Source: Chrysemys picta bellii
Taxonomy: Eukaryota
Assembly (NCBI RefSeq): GCF_011386835.1
Contig: NC_088800.1
Coordinates: 29,078,001-29,142,000, forward strand
Direction of reading: 5' to 3'
DNA length: 64,000 nt
Made by a program: the position numbers and the translations under genes. Positions 23,798 to 37,829 of this stretch are shown piece after piece. The notes below the pieces were generated by a model, which had not been told where the DNA came from, made no database searches, and saw nothing but the letters and a program-made list of their open reading frames with translations. The first letter of the stretch is position 1; every line of letters begins with the position of its first letter.

Positions 23798-25693
23798 TCT
23801 GCAGTCATTTCTAGCCACAACTCATCTTTCCCTCTGCACCATTCATCTCCCTTTCCTCTTTGGGAGAGAGTTCTTTCCCCCAGTGCTAAAGCAGGAGCCT
23901 AGAGATGAACAGAACCCCTAGTTTGCCTGATTAAGTATTGGCAGGTACAGCTGCCATCACTTTTTCCATCAGCCAAAGAGGAAATTTGTTGCTGAGCTGG
24001 TGAATGGAAGAGGAACAATGTTTCCATAGCTATGTATCTATTCTTCAGATTAGCTGACATGCAGAATTTATTTTCAACAAGTATATTTCTATGAATGTCA
24101 CTTTGTTATCATGCTCCAATAAAATCCTAAAGCTTTCAGCAGAGATTTCATAATCTCATACAGTGAGTTTAGAAAAAGGCAAAAAGTTCATTCTGATTGC
24201 GGTTTTATGTTTCTAAAATATAGACAACACTAAGGACCCTGCGAAACAGACACCATTCTTTCCAAAAGTAGAGCAGGATTCACTGAAGCACTCCAGGACC
24301 AGAACTGACAGTGAGTTTAGAAGTATTTCTCCTGCAGTAATCCCTAAAGAAAATATTTAATACTTCAGCTTGTGACTGTAGGTATAGATGAAAGATTGAA
24401 ACGGTATGCCTTTGGGGAAGGCCTGAGTGAAACCAGTGCCACTAGACACACAAAAGACTTGATCATTCACTCAGCACATCATGACCAAGCCAGATCCCTT
24501 CTATCAGGTCATAGGCAGGAGTATCCACCAGCTTAATTTAAAGGGCACATTGCAACTACATCCATTTGAAATGCACAGGGTACCCAGGATCCTTCTGTCT
24601 TCACAGCTGGAAGATACTCCTGCCCATAAAGACATGCCAGCTCTTAGGCCAGCTGCTGCAGTGAGAGAATAATTTCCTGTTTCTGTAAGGTTTCATTGAA
24701 ATGCTTTGGTCACAGCAGCCTGGAAAGTGGACTTCAGGGCTCCTTTGAAAATCCCACACTAGGTTCCTTCCCAAGGTAAAAGTACTGGGGGAGGAAGAAA
24801 TGTTATGGTACAACAACAGGGGATTGCCCAGGAAAGCAAAAGATTTTGTTCCCATTACTATTCACCAGGAAGCATCTTGCCCTGCCAGGGACCCCACTCC
24901 CTGTCCTTTCCCTCTAGTAGTAGGGAAGGAGAAAAAAACACCACACGGGAGATGAGATTTTGTGAGAATAAGAAACTCTTGTACTGAAGTTTTCCCTTTT
25001 TTAAAATTGTCTCAATCCCTTATAACTCATCCCCATATCTCTTTGTGAGCCACTAACAGATGAAATAGGATCTTTCTACTTTCAAGACAAAGCACGTGCC
25101 ATGGATCTATTTCCAATTCTTTGGGAGAGCAGGAAACAACATTGCAGAGAGTTGGAAGTCTGCTGCTCAGTACAAGGAAGCCCATTTTAGATCTGCAGGA
25201 GGATCCAACAGATCCGTGTCATAGTTAAGGCTGGGAAACCTGCTCCAAGGCCTTATAATGCAGAGCCAGATACTGAGCGAGTGGAATGTTAGACCCTACA
25301 CAGGCTTGGACGGAGCATGCAGTTTCTACAGGTTTCCTCTTCATCTCTATGTTAATCAATCACTTTATTAGTGACAAAAATTCACATGTCCACATCTGGG
25401 TATTACTACTTGACAATCATAGGTTTTAACAGAATTGCTGCTTTGAAAACTTGAATAATAGTATTTAGCACTTCACATCCAGAGGTCTCAAAGCTCATCT
25501 CAAAGGAATAGTATATTGCCCTCATTCTACAGAAGAGCAAACTTAGGTACAGACAGGATAAGGGACTTGCCCCAACCCACAAAGTAAGCCAGTGGCAGAA
25601 CTGGAAGGAGATATGGATTCCAGAACTTCCAGTCCAGAGATCACATGTCACATTGCCTCTTAAATAACAGATGATTATTTGGAAAAGAACAAA

Positions 25694-25905
25694 AGAACAG
25701 CCATACTGGGTCAGATCAAAGGTCCATCCATCCCAGTATCCTGTCTGCCAACAGTGGCCAATGCCAGGTGCCCCAGAGGGAGTGAACCTAATAGGTAATG
25801 ATCAAGTGACCTTTCTCCTGCCATCCATCTCCACCCTCTGACAAACAGAGGCTAGGGACACCATTCCTTACCCATCCTGACTAATAGCCATGAATGGACT
25901 TAACT
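25694..25905 (-). mobile_element. CR1 LINE 3' fragment
   Basis: GCCATACTGGGTCAGATCAAAGGTCCATC...CCTGACTAATAGCCATGAATGGACTTAAC resembles a reversed CR1 3' end. Confidence 0.75.
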
Positions 25906-26820
25906 GAGAACATAGGAGGGTAAAAACACTAATTTCTACTGGGTGTGCATTTCCTCTCATCAGTGGCTGGAAACCAGCATGAACGAGATAATCAGAAGGC
26001 AAGAGAGATCCAGTGAGAACTGAATGTAGAGACTCAAACAGAATCCATGTTTTCTGTGTCTTACAGTGCTGAGGCACACAGTGTAAAGCAAAGGACCATG
26101 TCTTCCTCAAGTGTAAGTCACTGTATGTCAATCGAAGAATAAAAATGTACACCAGCTGAGGAGGTGGCCCACAGTTCTTAAAGCTTAAAGGACATGCGAT
26201 TAAGCATAAATCCTCTCACTGGGATCCATGGGACTAATGTAGCCATGAGCATAGCATCAGGTTGGGGACACCCCATTACATGAGTAAAGTTCTCTTCTCA
26301 TTTTTTCTAGTTTAAGGAATTGATCTTCCAACCCCTATATTCATGTTTGAGAAAGAGCTTCTGAGATAAATAGATGAAAAGTTACACAAGACCTAAATTG
26401 TCCTATTGGAATGAAAGAGGACACCCGTTTTACAATCCAAATTCTGGTCTCAGCTATGATTGTGTAATTCCAGAGTAACTCCACAAATTAAGTGCATGAG
26501 TATAGATTTACAGTGTCACAGCAGCCACCCAGCCACACCAAAAAGAATGCCCAGCCACTCTTCCCAGGTCTAGTCCTTCCCCTTGGCTCACAGTGAAAGA
26601 CTTCCTCCCACCCACTCTAGATGCACCAGCCTGTGACCTATAGATGATCCAGTAGGGTTTTGGATAAGTCAGATTGTCTGGGACCCATAAAAGATAAGCA
26701 GTTGCACAGACATGATCCCAAACTCACATCACTCCACCTGTCCCAGACCCTAATAGTATCTCAAACACAACCCTTCACTCCTCAGAACAGGCCTCACTAA
26801 TAGTTCCTTGACAACACTAT

Positions 26821-27712
26821 TGTCATAAATATAAAGGGAAGGATAACAACCTGTATGTATGCAGTAACATAAATCCCTCCTGGCCAGAGGTACAGAGTCA
26901 TTTACCTGTAAGGGGTTAATCAGTTCAATTAACCTAATTGGCACCTGACCAAAAGGACAAATGGGGAAAGAAGATACTTTCAAATCTGGGGAGGAGGAGA
27001 GGAGGTTTTGTTGTGCTCTCTTTGTTGGTTCCCTCTCGGGACAAAAAGAGAGACCAAGCAGGTAACCCAGTTCCTAAAAAGATCCTGAACTGATACATCT
27101 AAAAATTACAGAAATTGCAAGTAATAGCAAGGAAATGCATTAGATTATCTTTTGTTTTAGCTTGTGAATTTTCCCTATGCTAAGAGGGAGGTTTATTCCT
27201 GTTTTTGTAACTTTGAAGTTAAGCCTAGAGGGGAATCCTCTGTGTTTTAAATCTTTTTATTTAACCTGTAAAGTTATCTTCCATCCTGATTTTGCAGGTG
27301 TGATTCTTTTACTCCCCTTTTTTTTTTTTTTTTTTTTTTTTTTAATAAAATTCTTTTAAGAACCTGATTGATTTTCAGTGTCCTAAAACCCAGGGATTTG
27401 GTCTGTGCTCACTTTGTTAACCTATCGGTTGGTATATTATTCTCAAGCTCACCCCCCCCCCTGCCCCCAGGAAAGAGGGTGAAGTGGCTTGGGCGGGGGA
27501 TATTTTGGGGGAGATAGGGCTCCAAGTGGCCCCTCCCTGAATGTTTGTTTAAATCACTTAGTGGTGGCAGCAATACCGTCCAAGGACAAGGAAAGGAATG
27601 TGTGCCTTGGGGAAGTTTTTAACCTAAGCTAGTGGAATATAAGCTTAGGGGGTCTTTGATGTGGGTCCCCACATCTGTACCCAGAGTTCAGAGTGGGGAA
27701 GGAACCCTGACA
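26821..27712 (+). mobile_element. Solo LTR (Gypsy-like)
   Basis: TGTCA...TGACA termini; perfect 5-bp TSD ACTAT. Confidence 0.9.
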
Positions 27713-29155
27713 ACTATACAAGGCTCCTTCCTGGGTATCACCTGGCTCTCAGTCACACAATCCCTTTCAGTCAGGTTTAAAAACAGCTGAGGCATTGATG
27801 GACCCATACTGTCCACAAAGGAGGACTTGGTCCAATAGACTAAATTCATTCTTGATGTAACTCTACAGAAGCCTATAGCACTACACCAGGGATGAATCAG
27901 GCCCTAATGTGATATTCAGCTCTACAGCTCTTCCTTTATATCAGCAGTACTGCAGTAGGGCTGTCAAGGTGCTGCTGCATTTGCACATCAACAACAGGTG
28001 ATGTTTACAATCAAGGAAACCAACTGACACCAAGGTCCAAGCCTGAGATGCATTTCTCTCTTCTCTGTACCAGCATTCACATTAATTCCCTTCAGAGCAG
28101 CTGAAGTTCCCAGGACACTCAGCAATGCTGCTGCTAAGCAGTGCCCAGCCTTTTTCAAAGAAGTTGCAGCTCAGATTTCCCAGCTCTTGAGACAAGGAGG
28201 ATCTGAAGAATGCTTCTCTGATGGCAGACAGGCTGCACTAAGTATTATGCCAAGTCATTCTCCATTTATAAATATTATAATGTGCTGGAGTGTGATACAA
28301 TACAAAAATGATTTAAATTATACAACAGAAAAACAAGAGGAACACAAATATAAGACAGCAGACTTGGTACATGCTGTAGGTCAAGAGTCTTGCTACAGAC
28401 AGCGAAAATAAAAACAAGAGATAAGGCCACCCTATCTACGGACTCTGATCTTATAAATGTGTATCTGCACTGTATCACGCTCACTTTATAGATCCCTTTG
28501 CCTGACATTTTGAGCTCAGATTAAGGAGAGATAGCTTGGCCTCTCTCAGAGCCACTAGGATATTGTTTGTGTCAAGTAAAAAGTTTATGTAAATTTCACT
28601 TCAGGGCTTTGTAAGTGCCTACTTAATTCATTTGGTTTATTTGGCTCCTTTTTTCCTTGAATAAAATCCTCTCTTCTGTTGCTCAATTAAGGAACATATG
28701 CAGAGTTCTCCTCTTTGCTATGGATTTTCTGACATCTGGCTGTCTGATCACCACTGTCAGTGTTTGGACTATTGCTCATCAATCATTGCTAGTTTAGCTT
28801 AATGGGTCTCTGCTACACCTGACTGACCAACGCCCAAACCAGTCATGTGGAAAGGACTCTTCCCCATATCAGGGGTAAGAGGATAAGAATGGTGAGATTT
28901 CATTTCAAAAATTAAATTAAAGAATAAAAGGGGAAGTACAAATAACTGTAGGTTATCTTACTAAGTCTGCACTCTCTAGTGAGTCCTCAAGTAACCATAT
29001 TTTAGATTTTAACTTCTTCGTAAGTCCAAGTAAATTGGCCTGAGAGAGATGGAAAACAAAAACTTTAAACAGTTGCTTTTGGTATTCTAAACTTGTCTCT
29101 TTTGGACCAACCCATTCACACAATTAGTAACCACACTCTTAAAAGTGCCTTAAAG

Positions 29156-29289
29156 CAGTGGTTTCAACCTTTTTTTTTCATTTGCAAAGCCCTAAAAAAT
29201 TTCAAATGGAGGTGCGGATCCCTTTGGAAATCTTAGACACAGAGTGCAGACCGCCCAGGGGTCCATGCACCGCAGGTTGAAAACCACTG
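29156..29289. mobile_element. hAT-Charlie-type MITE
   Basis: TIRs CAGTGGTTTCAACC / GGTTGAAAACCACTG; TSD CCTTAAAG / CCCTAAAG (7/8, central TA). Confidence 0.88.
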
Positions 29290-29680
29290 CCCTAAAGACA
29301 AAAGCATCCTTGGAAGTGTGATAATTGTGTTAGATACTAAAGAAATTGAGAGTTGATGATAAGTTAATTATATTGATAATTTGCCTTGTTCCGAGGTATA
29401 ACCACTGAGCCTCAACTCTAGTCTGTAATAATTGCTTGCAAGGCTATTGCATGTGTAGTACATACCTAGAACATTGGCTGTGTCTACACTGGATTGTAGA
29501 CTGTTGATCGTATACTAATGTGGTTCTGGGTGAATTAATAAATTGTTGGCTTGTTAAGAATAAGCAAGTTCTGATTTGAGAAATACTGTTTGAGTTGAAA
29601 GTTCACCTGAAAAGAACCCAACGTTAAAGTTAGTCAGCTAATGTCCCATGAACTGAATAGAGGGGTATTATCCTTTAGAT

Positions 29681-30053
29681 CAGTGGTTGTCAACCAGGGT
29701 CCCAGGTCCCCCTGAGGAGCCACAAGCAGGTTTCAGGGAGGCCACCCCGGAGAGCCAGCATTAGACTTGCTGGGGCCCAGGGCAGAAAGCTAAAGCCCCA
29801 CCGCATGGGGCTGAAACCCAGTGCCCCGAGCTCCGCCTTCCAGGGCTGACGTGGAAGCCTGAGCAACGTAGCTTCACGGGGCTCCCTTCAGCATGAGGCC
29901 CAGGCAATTGTGCTGCTTGCTACATCCCGTGCTGTCCTGGCCTTTTATGTGCAGAAAAACAGTTGTTGAGGCACAGGTCAGCCATGGAATTTTTATAGCA
30001 TGTTGGGGGCGCGTGAGGGGAAGGCTCAGAAAGACAAAGGTTGAGAACCCTTG
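29681..30053. mobile_element. hAT-Charlie-type MITE
   Basis: TIRs CAGTGGTTGTCAACC / GGTTGAGAACCCTTG; TSD CTTTAGAT / ATTTAGAT (7/8). Confidence 0.85.
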
Positions 30054-32019
30054 ATTTAGATTCTATTCTATATTGGCTAACACTTACCCAGTTGGCAACC
30101 CCAGACTTCAGCTTTAAAATCTAACTGGCACAACAGCAAATTCATAAAAGTTGACCCCTTTCACACTTCCCTGGAGCACATGAAGTTCTGACTCAAAAAT
30201 GAAAATCCAACTGCTAGGAGGATATATTAGGAAAGCATTAGACTGCACATGCCCTACATGGTCTGAGCAAGGAGGAGAATTAGTTACAAAGTGGCATTGT
30301 TTTTGTTGTGAAGTCATGTTGGGGATCTCGCTCTCTGTCCTTGATTTGTCTGTGGGACTCCCACAAGCACCAAGGAACTTTACAGTTGCACATCAAGAGA
30401 AGATGGATGTTTTTCATTATTGCCACTTACAATATAGAGCTAGGAAACTTAACAAAAAAAGAAAAAAAATGACCAGTGACCACCTCTTATGCTGTTGCCT
30501 CCTCCTGCTCCCCTTCCCAGAAAACCCCACCATTATACCCTGAAATTATAGTATGGTAGCTTGTTAAAAGACTAGCTGGGAACATCTTAAAGGGGAGGCT
30601 GCCCCACAGTGGAGGAACGCTGCAGAAAATAGAGCGCTGTTTTCTGCAAGTAAACTTCGGGGAATGATGTGAGGGGAATGTAAACATTCCCCCGGCTCGG
30701 CTCAGCTCCTCAGCCCACCTTCACCTGACCCAAGCTTGCCCACTGCTGCTCCCCACTCTGTGGGGCCCCAGAGAGAGACCTCAATGTGGTCTAAGGAAGG
30801 GGAGGGTGCTGCTTGGAAGTGGCTGAACCACTTTTCAGCACTGGTGGGGTGCGACCCTTCTACATGCAGTGATGTGGTCTGGGCTATTGAGAGGAGAAAC
30901 TGTTCATACATTAGCTGCCTTTGTAAGCCATTTGCCTGTTGAAAGGTGTGAAAACACCTCTGACATCCTGTGACAGGCCGAGGGTCCTGAAACAGCCAGG
31001 ACTCCTCCTATGGCATTATAACTTCACAAATATTAACTTTGGATAAATCTTGACAAAATTCTGATTTTTTTTTTCCCCCCTTCCAAGTGGATTTCCAGAG
31101 CTAATTTTCCTAAGGCAACACACATGACACAAGAATGAGCCCTTTGAATAGTGATGCAATTGCTTGGTCATGAAACGAAAAGGCTGAGTTTTGATGGATA
31201 GCCTGATTTCATGCTGTTTGATTTACTCCGGATTCTTTGTCAGCCCATTGCTATTCTTGCCAACGCATGTCAGAGTTCTATTGATTATGGGCTGAAATAC
31301 TGTTTAAAAAAAAAGCTTTCTGAACTTTACACTTGATCAATTCTCTTATTTTCTTTTCCATGGAAGCCATGCACTTTTACCCATAAATCTTTGCCTTACA
31401 GTTACTTTGTAAGTTACAACCCTTCACATGCTATGAGGCCTGATTCTCCTCTCTCTTGCAGTAATATAAAGTCAAAATAACTTAATTTACTTTAGTGAAG
31501 TTATTCCTAATTTATACTTATGCAAATGAGGAGAGTCAGGTCCATTATGGTTAGGAAAGGGACTATTTCTGTCTACATTAAATGAGTTTGGTTGTCTCTT
31601 TTCAGTTCCTGCTGGGTAAGTTCCCAGTCACAACAACTTCCATCCCAGTTGGCACATAATGACCCCTTCATTTACAGGCTATTTTATATGTTTAAAACAG
31701 GAGTCCACCCTAGGATTTTTCCACTGGGCTGGTTTCCATGCTGCAGATGAAATCACAAAGACTTAACAGTTATGAGAGACTATTTATGTCTCTGAAATGT
31801 GAGTTCCAGGGTAGATAAGTTTTCTTAAAGACATTTTTCAGAGTGCTACTTTTATTTCAGCACCCGAAGCTGTCTAGCTAACAGAACAAGATAGCGAACT
31901 CATAAACAAAGTTGACTGTTATTCACAGCTCTGAAGCTTAATGTAAGCATACTGTATATCAGCCTTTTAGGCAGGAAACCTCTGTTGCCTACGGGTGAAG
32001 GATATGTTCAATTAAACGG

Positions 32020-33128
32020 AAAAGCAGCAAGTTTTAGGCTGATCAAAATAAAGTCTGTATCACACAGTGTGTGATTAGCTTGTGGAACCGTCACTGGGCC
32101 TGGCTCCCCAATCACACCCCCCTTCTGAACCAATGTGGTGCTGGGGGGACTCCTTGCCTTGAGATGGGTCCCCTCGGCCAACCCTGGGACAAGGTTGGTA
32201 ATATGACAAATTTTAAACCCTTCTAGGGTAACAAAGTCCAAACAAACAGCCAAACATCTTGACCCATTTGTGCTACTTTTCAGCCCATCTTCTAGACTCA
32301 GCTCTCACTCCTTCTAGGCTGTCAGCGCTTTCCTGCTCTGTTCAGAGAGCCACTCCCAAGCTCCTTTCCCTGGAGTCTTTCTCTCTCACAGTCTTCCATG
32401 CATTGGAGTTCCCTGTTCTTTATGTCTACAGCCAGGACCTGCAGAGCACTTTCTTACTCTTTTGGAAGAGCACAGCATCCTAGAGCTCTCTCCCTAGAAG
32501 CCCTTTTTCCTAGCAGTTCCCCAGAGGACTCCCAAGGACCTTCCTGTAGACATTACCTCACACATCTACTTTACTTCCTGGAGCACCTTCCTCTGACTGA
32601 GTTCCTTGCTTCCCTCAGCTCATTTTATAAGACCTACATATTTGTCCTGGTAATACCTGACCCCGTTAGTCCCACTCCTTCTGGGTGGGAGGCAGTTAAT
32701 TAAAGCATAGGTGGGGTTAATTGAACAGGGCAGGCTGGCCCAAGGTTCCCTGGCTCTTATAGGGGCAGGCCAGGCTGTTACAAACTCATTGCCACAAGAG
32801 ATCACTGAGTTGAAGTGCTTGGTAGGCTTCAAGAAAGGACTGGACATTTATATAGATAACTCTGCATATGGTTATGATAGCAAAGATGAAAAACAAAAAA
32901 TAGGAGTTGAGGAAGGGATATGAACTCCCATACCTCAGGCCAGAAGCTGACCTTTAACTGACATGAGTTAGGAGAAAAATTTCCCTGTAGGCAGCTTATC
33001 CCAGGACTGCCTATGGCAGGGTTTCTTATGGTTTCCTCTGAGGCAGTACTGTCTACTGTGGGACGCAGGATCGTAGATTAGCTGTTCCCCTAGTCTGATC
33101 CAGTATAGCAATTCCTGTGTTCCTATGC
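32020..33128 (+). mobile_element. CR1 LINE 3' region interrupted by an LTR
   Basis: ...GATTAGCTTGTGGAAC at 32073-32088 resumes as AACTCATTGCCACAAGAG after 32782. The element ends CTGATCCAGTATAGCAATTCCTGTGTTCCTATG. Confidence 0.7.
32089..32782. mobile_element. Solo LTR-like insertion within CR1
   Basis: (C)GTCAC...TGTTACA termini that interrupt a continuous CR1 motif. Confidence 0.6.
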
Positions 33129-33578
33129 CTCTTGCCAGCTTCAGGCTCCAATGGGAAGTCTTTGTCAGATCCAGTTCAAACAACTTCGGAGACAAATCAT
33201 TGGCCCATTAACTGACACACAGTTGGCTGAGCAGTGAGATCCATGTTTAGTTTCTTCTGTAAGGAAACACTCAGATTTGCAGATAAATCTTACAAAAGAG
33301 AGGATGGTTTATTTCTGTTTCTGTACACTAGGCTTCATTAGTTGAGGGGAAACAAAGCAAATGGATATCAAAGTTTTGTACATTTGCACATCTCTTTTAA
33401 AAAGCAAACTATCAGGACAAACTTTGTTCATTCAACAGCTTTTGAAAATATAAACAAATCTATACATATACCTTAGTGTTACCTAAGCACAGTAACCAGC
33501 AAAGAACACTAGATGGCTCTGATCTAGTGCATGTGAATGGAGGCTATATGTGGATGCAGGTAGAGTTAAGCAGAAGTA

Positions 33579-33710
33579 AGACTATTTCAGGAAAGCACTT
33601 AACCATGTGCTTAACTTTAAGCATATGCTTAAGTGAGTTGCTGAATAAGGATAGACTTAAGCACATGCTAAAGTTATGCACATACTTAAGTACTTTGCTA
33701 AATTGGTCCT
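33579..33710. mobile_element. Palindromic MITE (Harbinger/Chompy-like), degenerate
   Basis: AAAGCACTTAACCATGTGCTTAACTTTAAGCATATGC and GCACATGCTAAAGTTATGCACATACTTAAGTACTTT form a fold-back. Confidence 0.65.
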
Positions 33711-36700
33711 AAATCTTCAGTCCCTTATTCTCAAAAAATAAGAGAGGATGCGATTAGACAAGCTGCAGCTGAGGAGACATGAGAGTAAGTGTGATCCATA
33801 GCAAGAAAGGAGGCACAAAGCTACATACTCCTCTCTTTATAAGAGCAGGAGTAGCTTGGTAACCTTCAACAGAGCTCTTGTAAATGCAAAATTAAGTTAC
33901 TTAATACTGCCTGCCCTGCTCACTATATTTTTACCTATATGTGCAACACTGAACCCAGGGCATGCAGGCTCGTGTCCCTAAAACTGAACTCATCTTTGAG
34001 ACAGAAGGTCTGTGCATGTCCAGGGCTGCTTCCAATCTACATGTAAGAGCAGTTAGTAAATAAAGTTCAGGGGGGAGACTCTCTGGTCTCATGGGTAGAC
34101 TCGCTGAAACTACAGTCTCAGCCAAAACCATGTTCCTTAGCTAGGAAGAAAAGATTTAGGACCTGCAACTGAAACAGCTGTATTCCTAAGCAATACTCTG
34201 GGGAACTACCTAGAGAACAGAACACAGAATTCCAGTCTCTGAGCTATGGCTCTGAACAGATACCAGATTACAAACCGCTGGCGACAGTATTCCTGCTCAT
34301 CGTGTGATTTCATGCTGTACGCAGGCAACTCACTGCTAAATATTTGAATGTTTGTACCAGCAATTCAATCAGGATATTAATCTGAAGCATAAGAAGCTTG
34401 TTTACAAAAATATAAATAAGAAGCTTGTGCCTGATGTAAGTGAAAAAATATGTGCCTGCTTCCCCATGAGGTGGAGATGCCTACATGTTTTACGCCTGAG
34501 TCATGAAAACAGTTGGAGCATAAGCGACCTGCATACCGATCTGCAGGCAAGCCTAATATCAAAACATTGATCTAGGCCTCAAATATTTTGACTGCATGAG
34601 GACTAGCATGAAACAAAACATTTTGGTGCATGTTTCCCCCACAAGCGTGCATTGATAAGCAGATCTGCATAATCTTTTACTGTCAATGGTGGGCGTTAGC
34701 ACTCATGGGTCATCCTTTCTCTCCCACACTGCAGACAATGCCAGTGCAATGGAACACTGTGACAAGATGGCCGATGTTCGTATGGTGGATGCTGTGCTTT
34801 TCTTGGGGGGGGCTAAGACACCCCCCCTTGCCCCTGCTCTTGGGCACCGAGGGCCCCGCTAGTGGCCCAGGAAGGTGATAGAGGAGGGAAGCGGGGGAGG
34901 GGTCTGGGTTTGCTCCTCGCTCTGAGTCCCAGCCCCTCTCAACCCCTGCGGGTTTCTTATCCTCTTCCCCCCTAGGTTGGGGCAGGGTCTCCTTTACTTT
35001 GGTTCTCTGGTCTTCCAAATCTCACAACACACCTCCAAGCTCCAGTCCTCTCTCCTTCCTCCACACTATACACGTGCATTAATGAAAGGAAAGGGAAGTC
35101 CCATTGCTGGCCCAGTCAGGCCCCACAGCAACCTGCCATGCAGGGAGCCCTTGCAGAGCACAGTATGTTCTCCCATATCCTGTCCTGTGCAGTAGCACAG
35201 CATCACTTCCATTGCCAATGGGCTTGTCACAGCCACAAATAAAGGCATGATTTGGCCCTTAAAGGAAGCTTTTTCTTCTAAAGGGCAGAGTTAAGCCTCT
35301 CTTAGCCCCCACAAAGTCTCTTGTATCCCCTGCAGGGAGGGAGAGGCATTTGTTTCACTTGAATAATAATAGGAGGAAGAGAACTTGACTAGACAATGCG
35401 TTTGTCTTTGCACAAATATGTAAGTAGATTTCAGTTCCTTTTAATTAGATGTCCAAGATGCATTTCATACAGGCATGTGAAAGGTATACTTGGATGAATA
35501 AGGTGGTTAAGGACTTCAGATCTCCTCAATCTAGCTCCGTTCTTAAAGCCTTTATTCATTACACACCATGCACTTAACTCAGAGTGCTGGCCTCTTCCAG
35601 ATCTCACACACAAGTCATTCTTGGGATATACAGTGGGGAAACAAAGCATTCCTCCCAGGCTTAAAGATTTCACCTGTTTGAGAGGCAAAGCAGCAAAGTT
35701 TTAAAGCAGCAGAACATTCAAACTGGGAGAAATATTCTGGGTGTGCCTCTAATGTACATACCCGTCTACATTTAAAAAGCAGCTACTGATTTTGGGCTCC
35801 TCCATTTTTGGGTGGCCAGTTCGCAATGCCTGAAGGAGGCCCATCAGGGAATGGGTGTTCAGCAGACTGAGCACCTTTAAAGTGTCTCCAGTTGGGCAGT
35901 GAAAAGGCGAGGTACCCAAATTCATGAATCATTTTTAAAATGTAGGTCCTATTCTTATTGCAGGGATCAGCAGGTGGTGCTCAGTTCTTTTTCCTTATCA
36001 AGCAAGCAAGCCTTGGAAAATATGCTGTATTGTTGGTTTTCTGATGAAGTTTCTCTGGGGGAGCCATGGCTAGCAGCAAGAGCCTTTTCTCTCTGCCTTA
36101 AATTCCCTAAACTATGGTCAATGCCTGAGGTGAGAGTTGTTCCCTGGGGCCTGTGCATCGGTGTTTGGGCTGAGATGCCTGAGAGGCAGGCCTGTGCACT
36201 GTTTGTGACCAGCACTTTTCCAGAACTGGGCTATATTTGCAAATAAAAAAGTTACACTAGGAAAATACCCAAACTCTGTGTCCTTGATTTCTCCTCCAAC
36301 AGGAAGCTGACCTGCAAGGCCCTGACTTCTGTCTGCTTGGCCAAGAGGCAATAATGAATGTTAGCATATACATAGTCTCACACAGATTAGATACTCGCCC
36401 ACAGTCTCCAGAGGATTAAACTGTACTAATTGCATCAGAGCCCCAGATAAAATTTGTGAGAAATATTGCTCATCTTCCTGAATGAAAGCTGTAGAAAACT
36501 TGTAGATGATGACAATCTATTACTTAAATCAAATTTAATTCCTATACTCTTCATAGAAGTGGATCTACTTTCTCAAGGGCCAGCTCAGCCACTAAAAAAA
36601 ATTGGCCAGTAGCATTGATCAGACACATTTGTAGACAAGCCAGAAGAAAAACATAGTTTTTGAGCTACACAGCAATAGCTCAATCTGCAGTGTTCCTGGA

Positions 36701-37071
36701 ATCTCAGTTTCCAGTTCCTTTAGCTCATAGCACATCTGTATGGTTAATTACAACCCAGCTACAAAATCAAATAGGCATAATGCGCGTAGGGAGATGCCAT
36801 TTTATGTCAAAAGCATTTACCTCATGTGCAAACCTTGCCAAGGATGCACATACACACCTCTTAGGATAGGTGACGCTTTAGCCAAAGCAATCACTTATTA
36901 AATCCAAGCTATGCTAGTTGGCTCTTTGTGCGGAAAAGGGTTTTTGTATCATTCGTATTTATGGCAAATGAGAGAAAAAGCAATGGTTACTCTAAACCAC
37001 CATATTTCGTCATTCTCATGTCCAAGAGATCTTCAGTTCCTCCCTCTTAGGCAGATAATTTTTTAATAAAG

Positions 37072-37829
37072 TGTGAAGTGGGGCACTCCCCCCCAGCACA
37101 ACCTAGTGGTCCAGCAGGGGTGTAAAGCAGATTGTCTTCATCCCAGGCATCCCCCTTTTTCACTACCACTCACCTTACAGTGGTCTGTCCCTCCAGCAAC
37201 TCAGGGACCAGGTGACATATTCAATACTAGGGTATGCAGAGAGAGTCCAGCAATGGGAGAGCCTTTGGGATTAAGCAAGAGGCCTCAAGTCTCCCCCCTT
37301 AGGTTGCAATAACATAGCCCAGACCCTTTTATCTTCAGGGTCTCTCCCCCACAACTTGGTTCCTCACATCAGGGACAGGCAGTTGTAGTCATCTCTCATT
37401 AAGGGTTGATAGAGAAGCCTAGGCCCACCCTCTTCACCAGGCTCCAGTCCAGGGCAAATTGTAGACAGCTAAACCCTACACCCTGGGGTGCTATTCAGCT
37501 GCTTCCCTAGATCATTTCCTACCAGTCCTCTCTCCTCCCACAGAGTAAAGCATAGAACTATAATCTCTAGCCTCCAGGGAGTCACAGGTCCCTTCATCAT
37601 AGGCCTGGCCAGGTCACTGTAGCCAGGCCTCAAGCAACGAGAGCTCCTGCGATGGCCTCAGGAACTCAGAGGTAAATCAGCTCATCTCTACTGAGCTGCT
37701 CCGTTCCCTTTTTAAAGCTCCTCCTCAATCCAGTGCAGGCTTGCAAGTGCAGTGGGGCAGGACCACCTGGGCCCAGAGCAACTCTTTAACCCCTTCATTT
37801 CCAGTGTGTGGTTTGTACACCCCATTACA
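37072..37829. mobile_element. Solo LTR-like element
   Basis: TGTGA...TTACA termini; partial 5-bp TSD TAAAG / TACAG. Confidence 0.5.

Noticed and set aside
31606-31615. 10-nt plus-strand micro-exon (TTTTCAG|TTCCTGCTGG|GTAAGT)
   Set aside because: It is frame-shifting and isolated with no partner exons, which is compatible with chance.
36040-36065. CTGATGAAG as a hammerhead core
   Set aside because: There is no stem II complementarity and no following GAAA.
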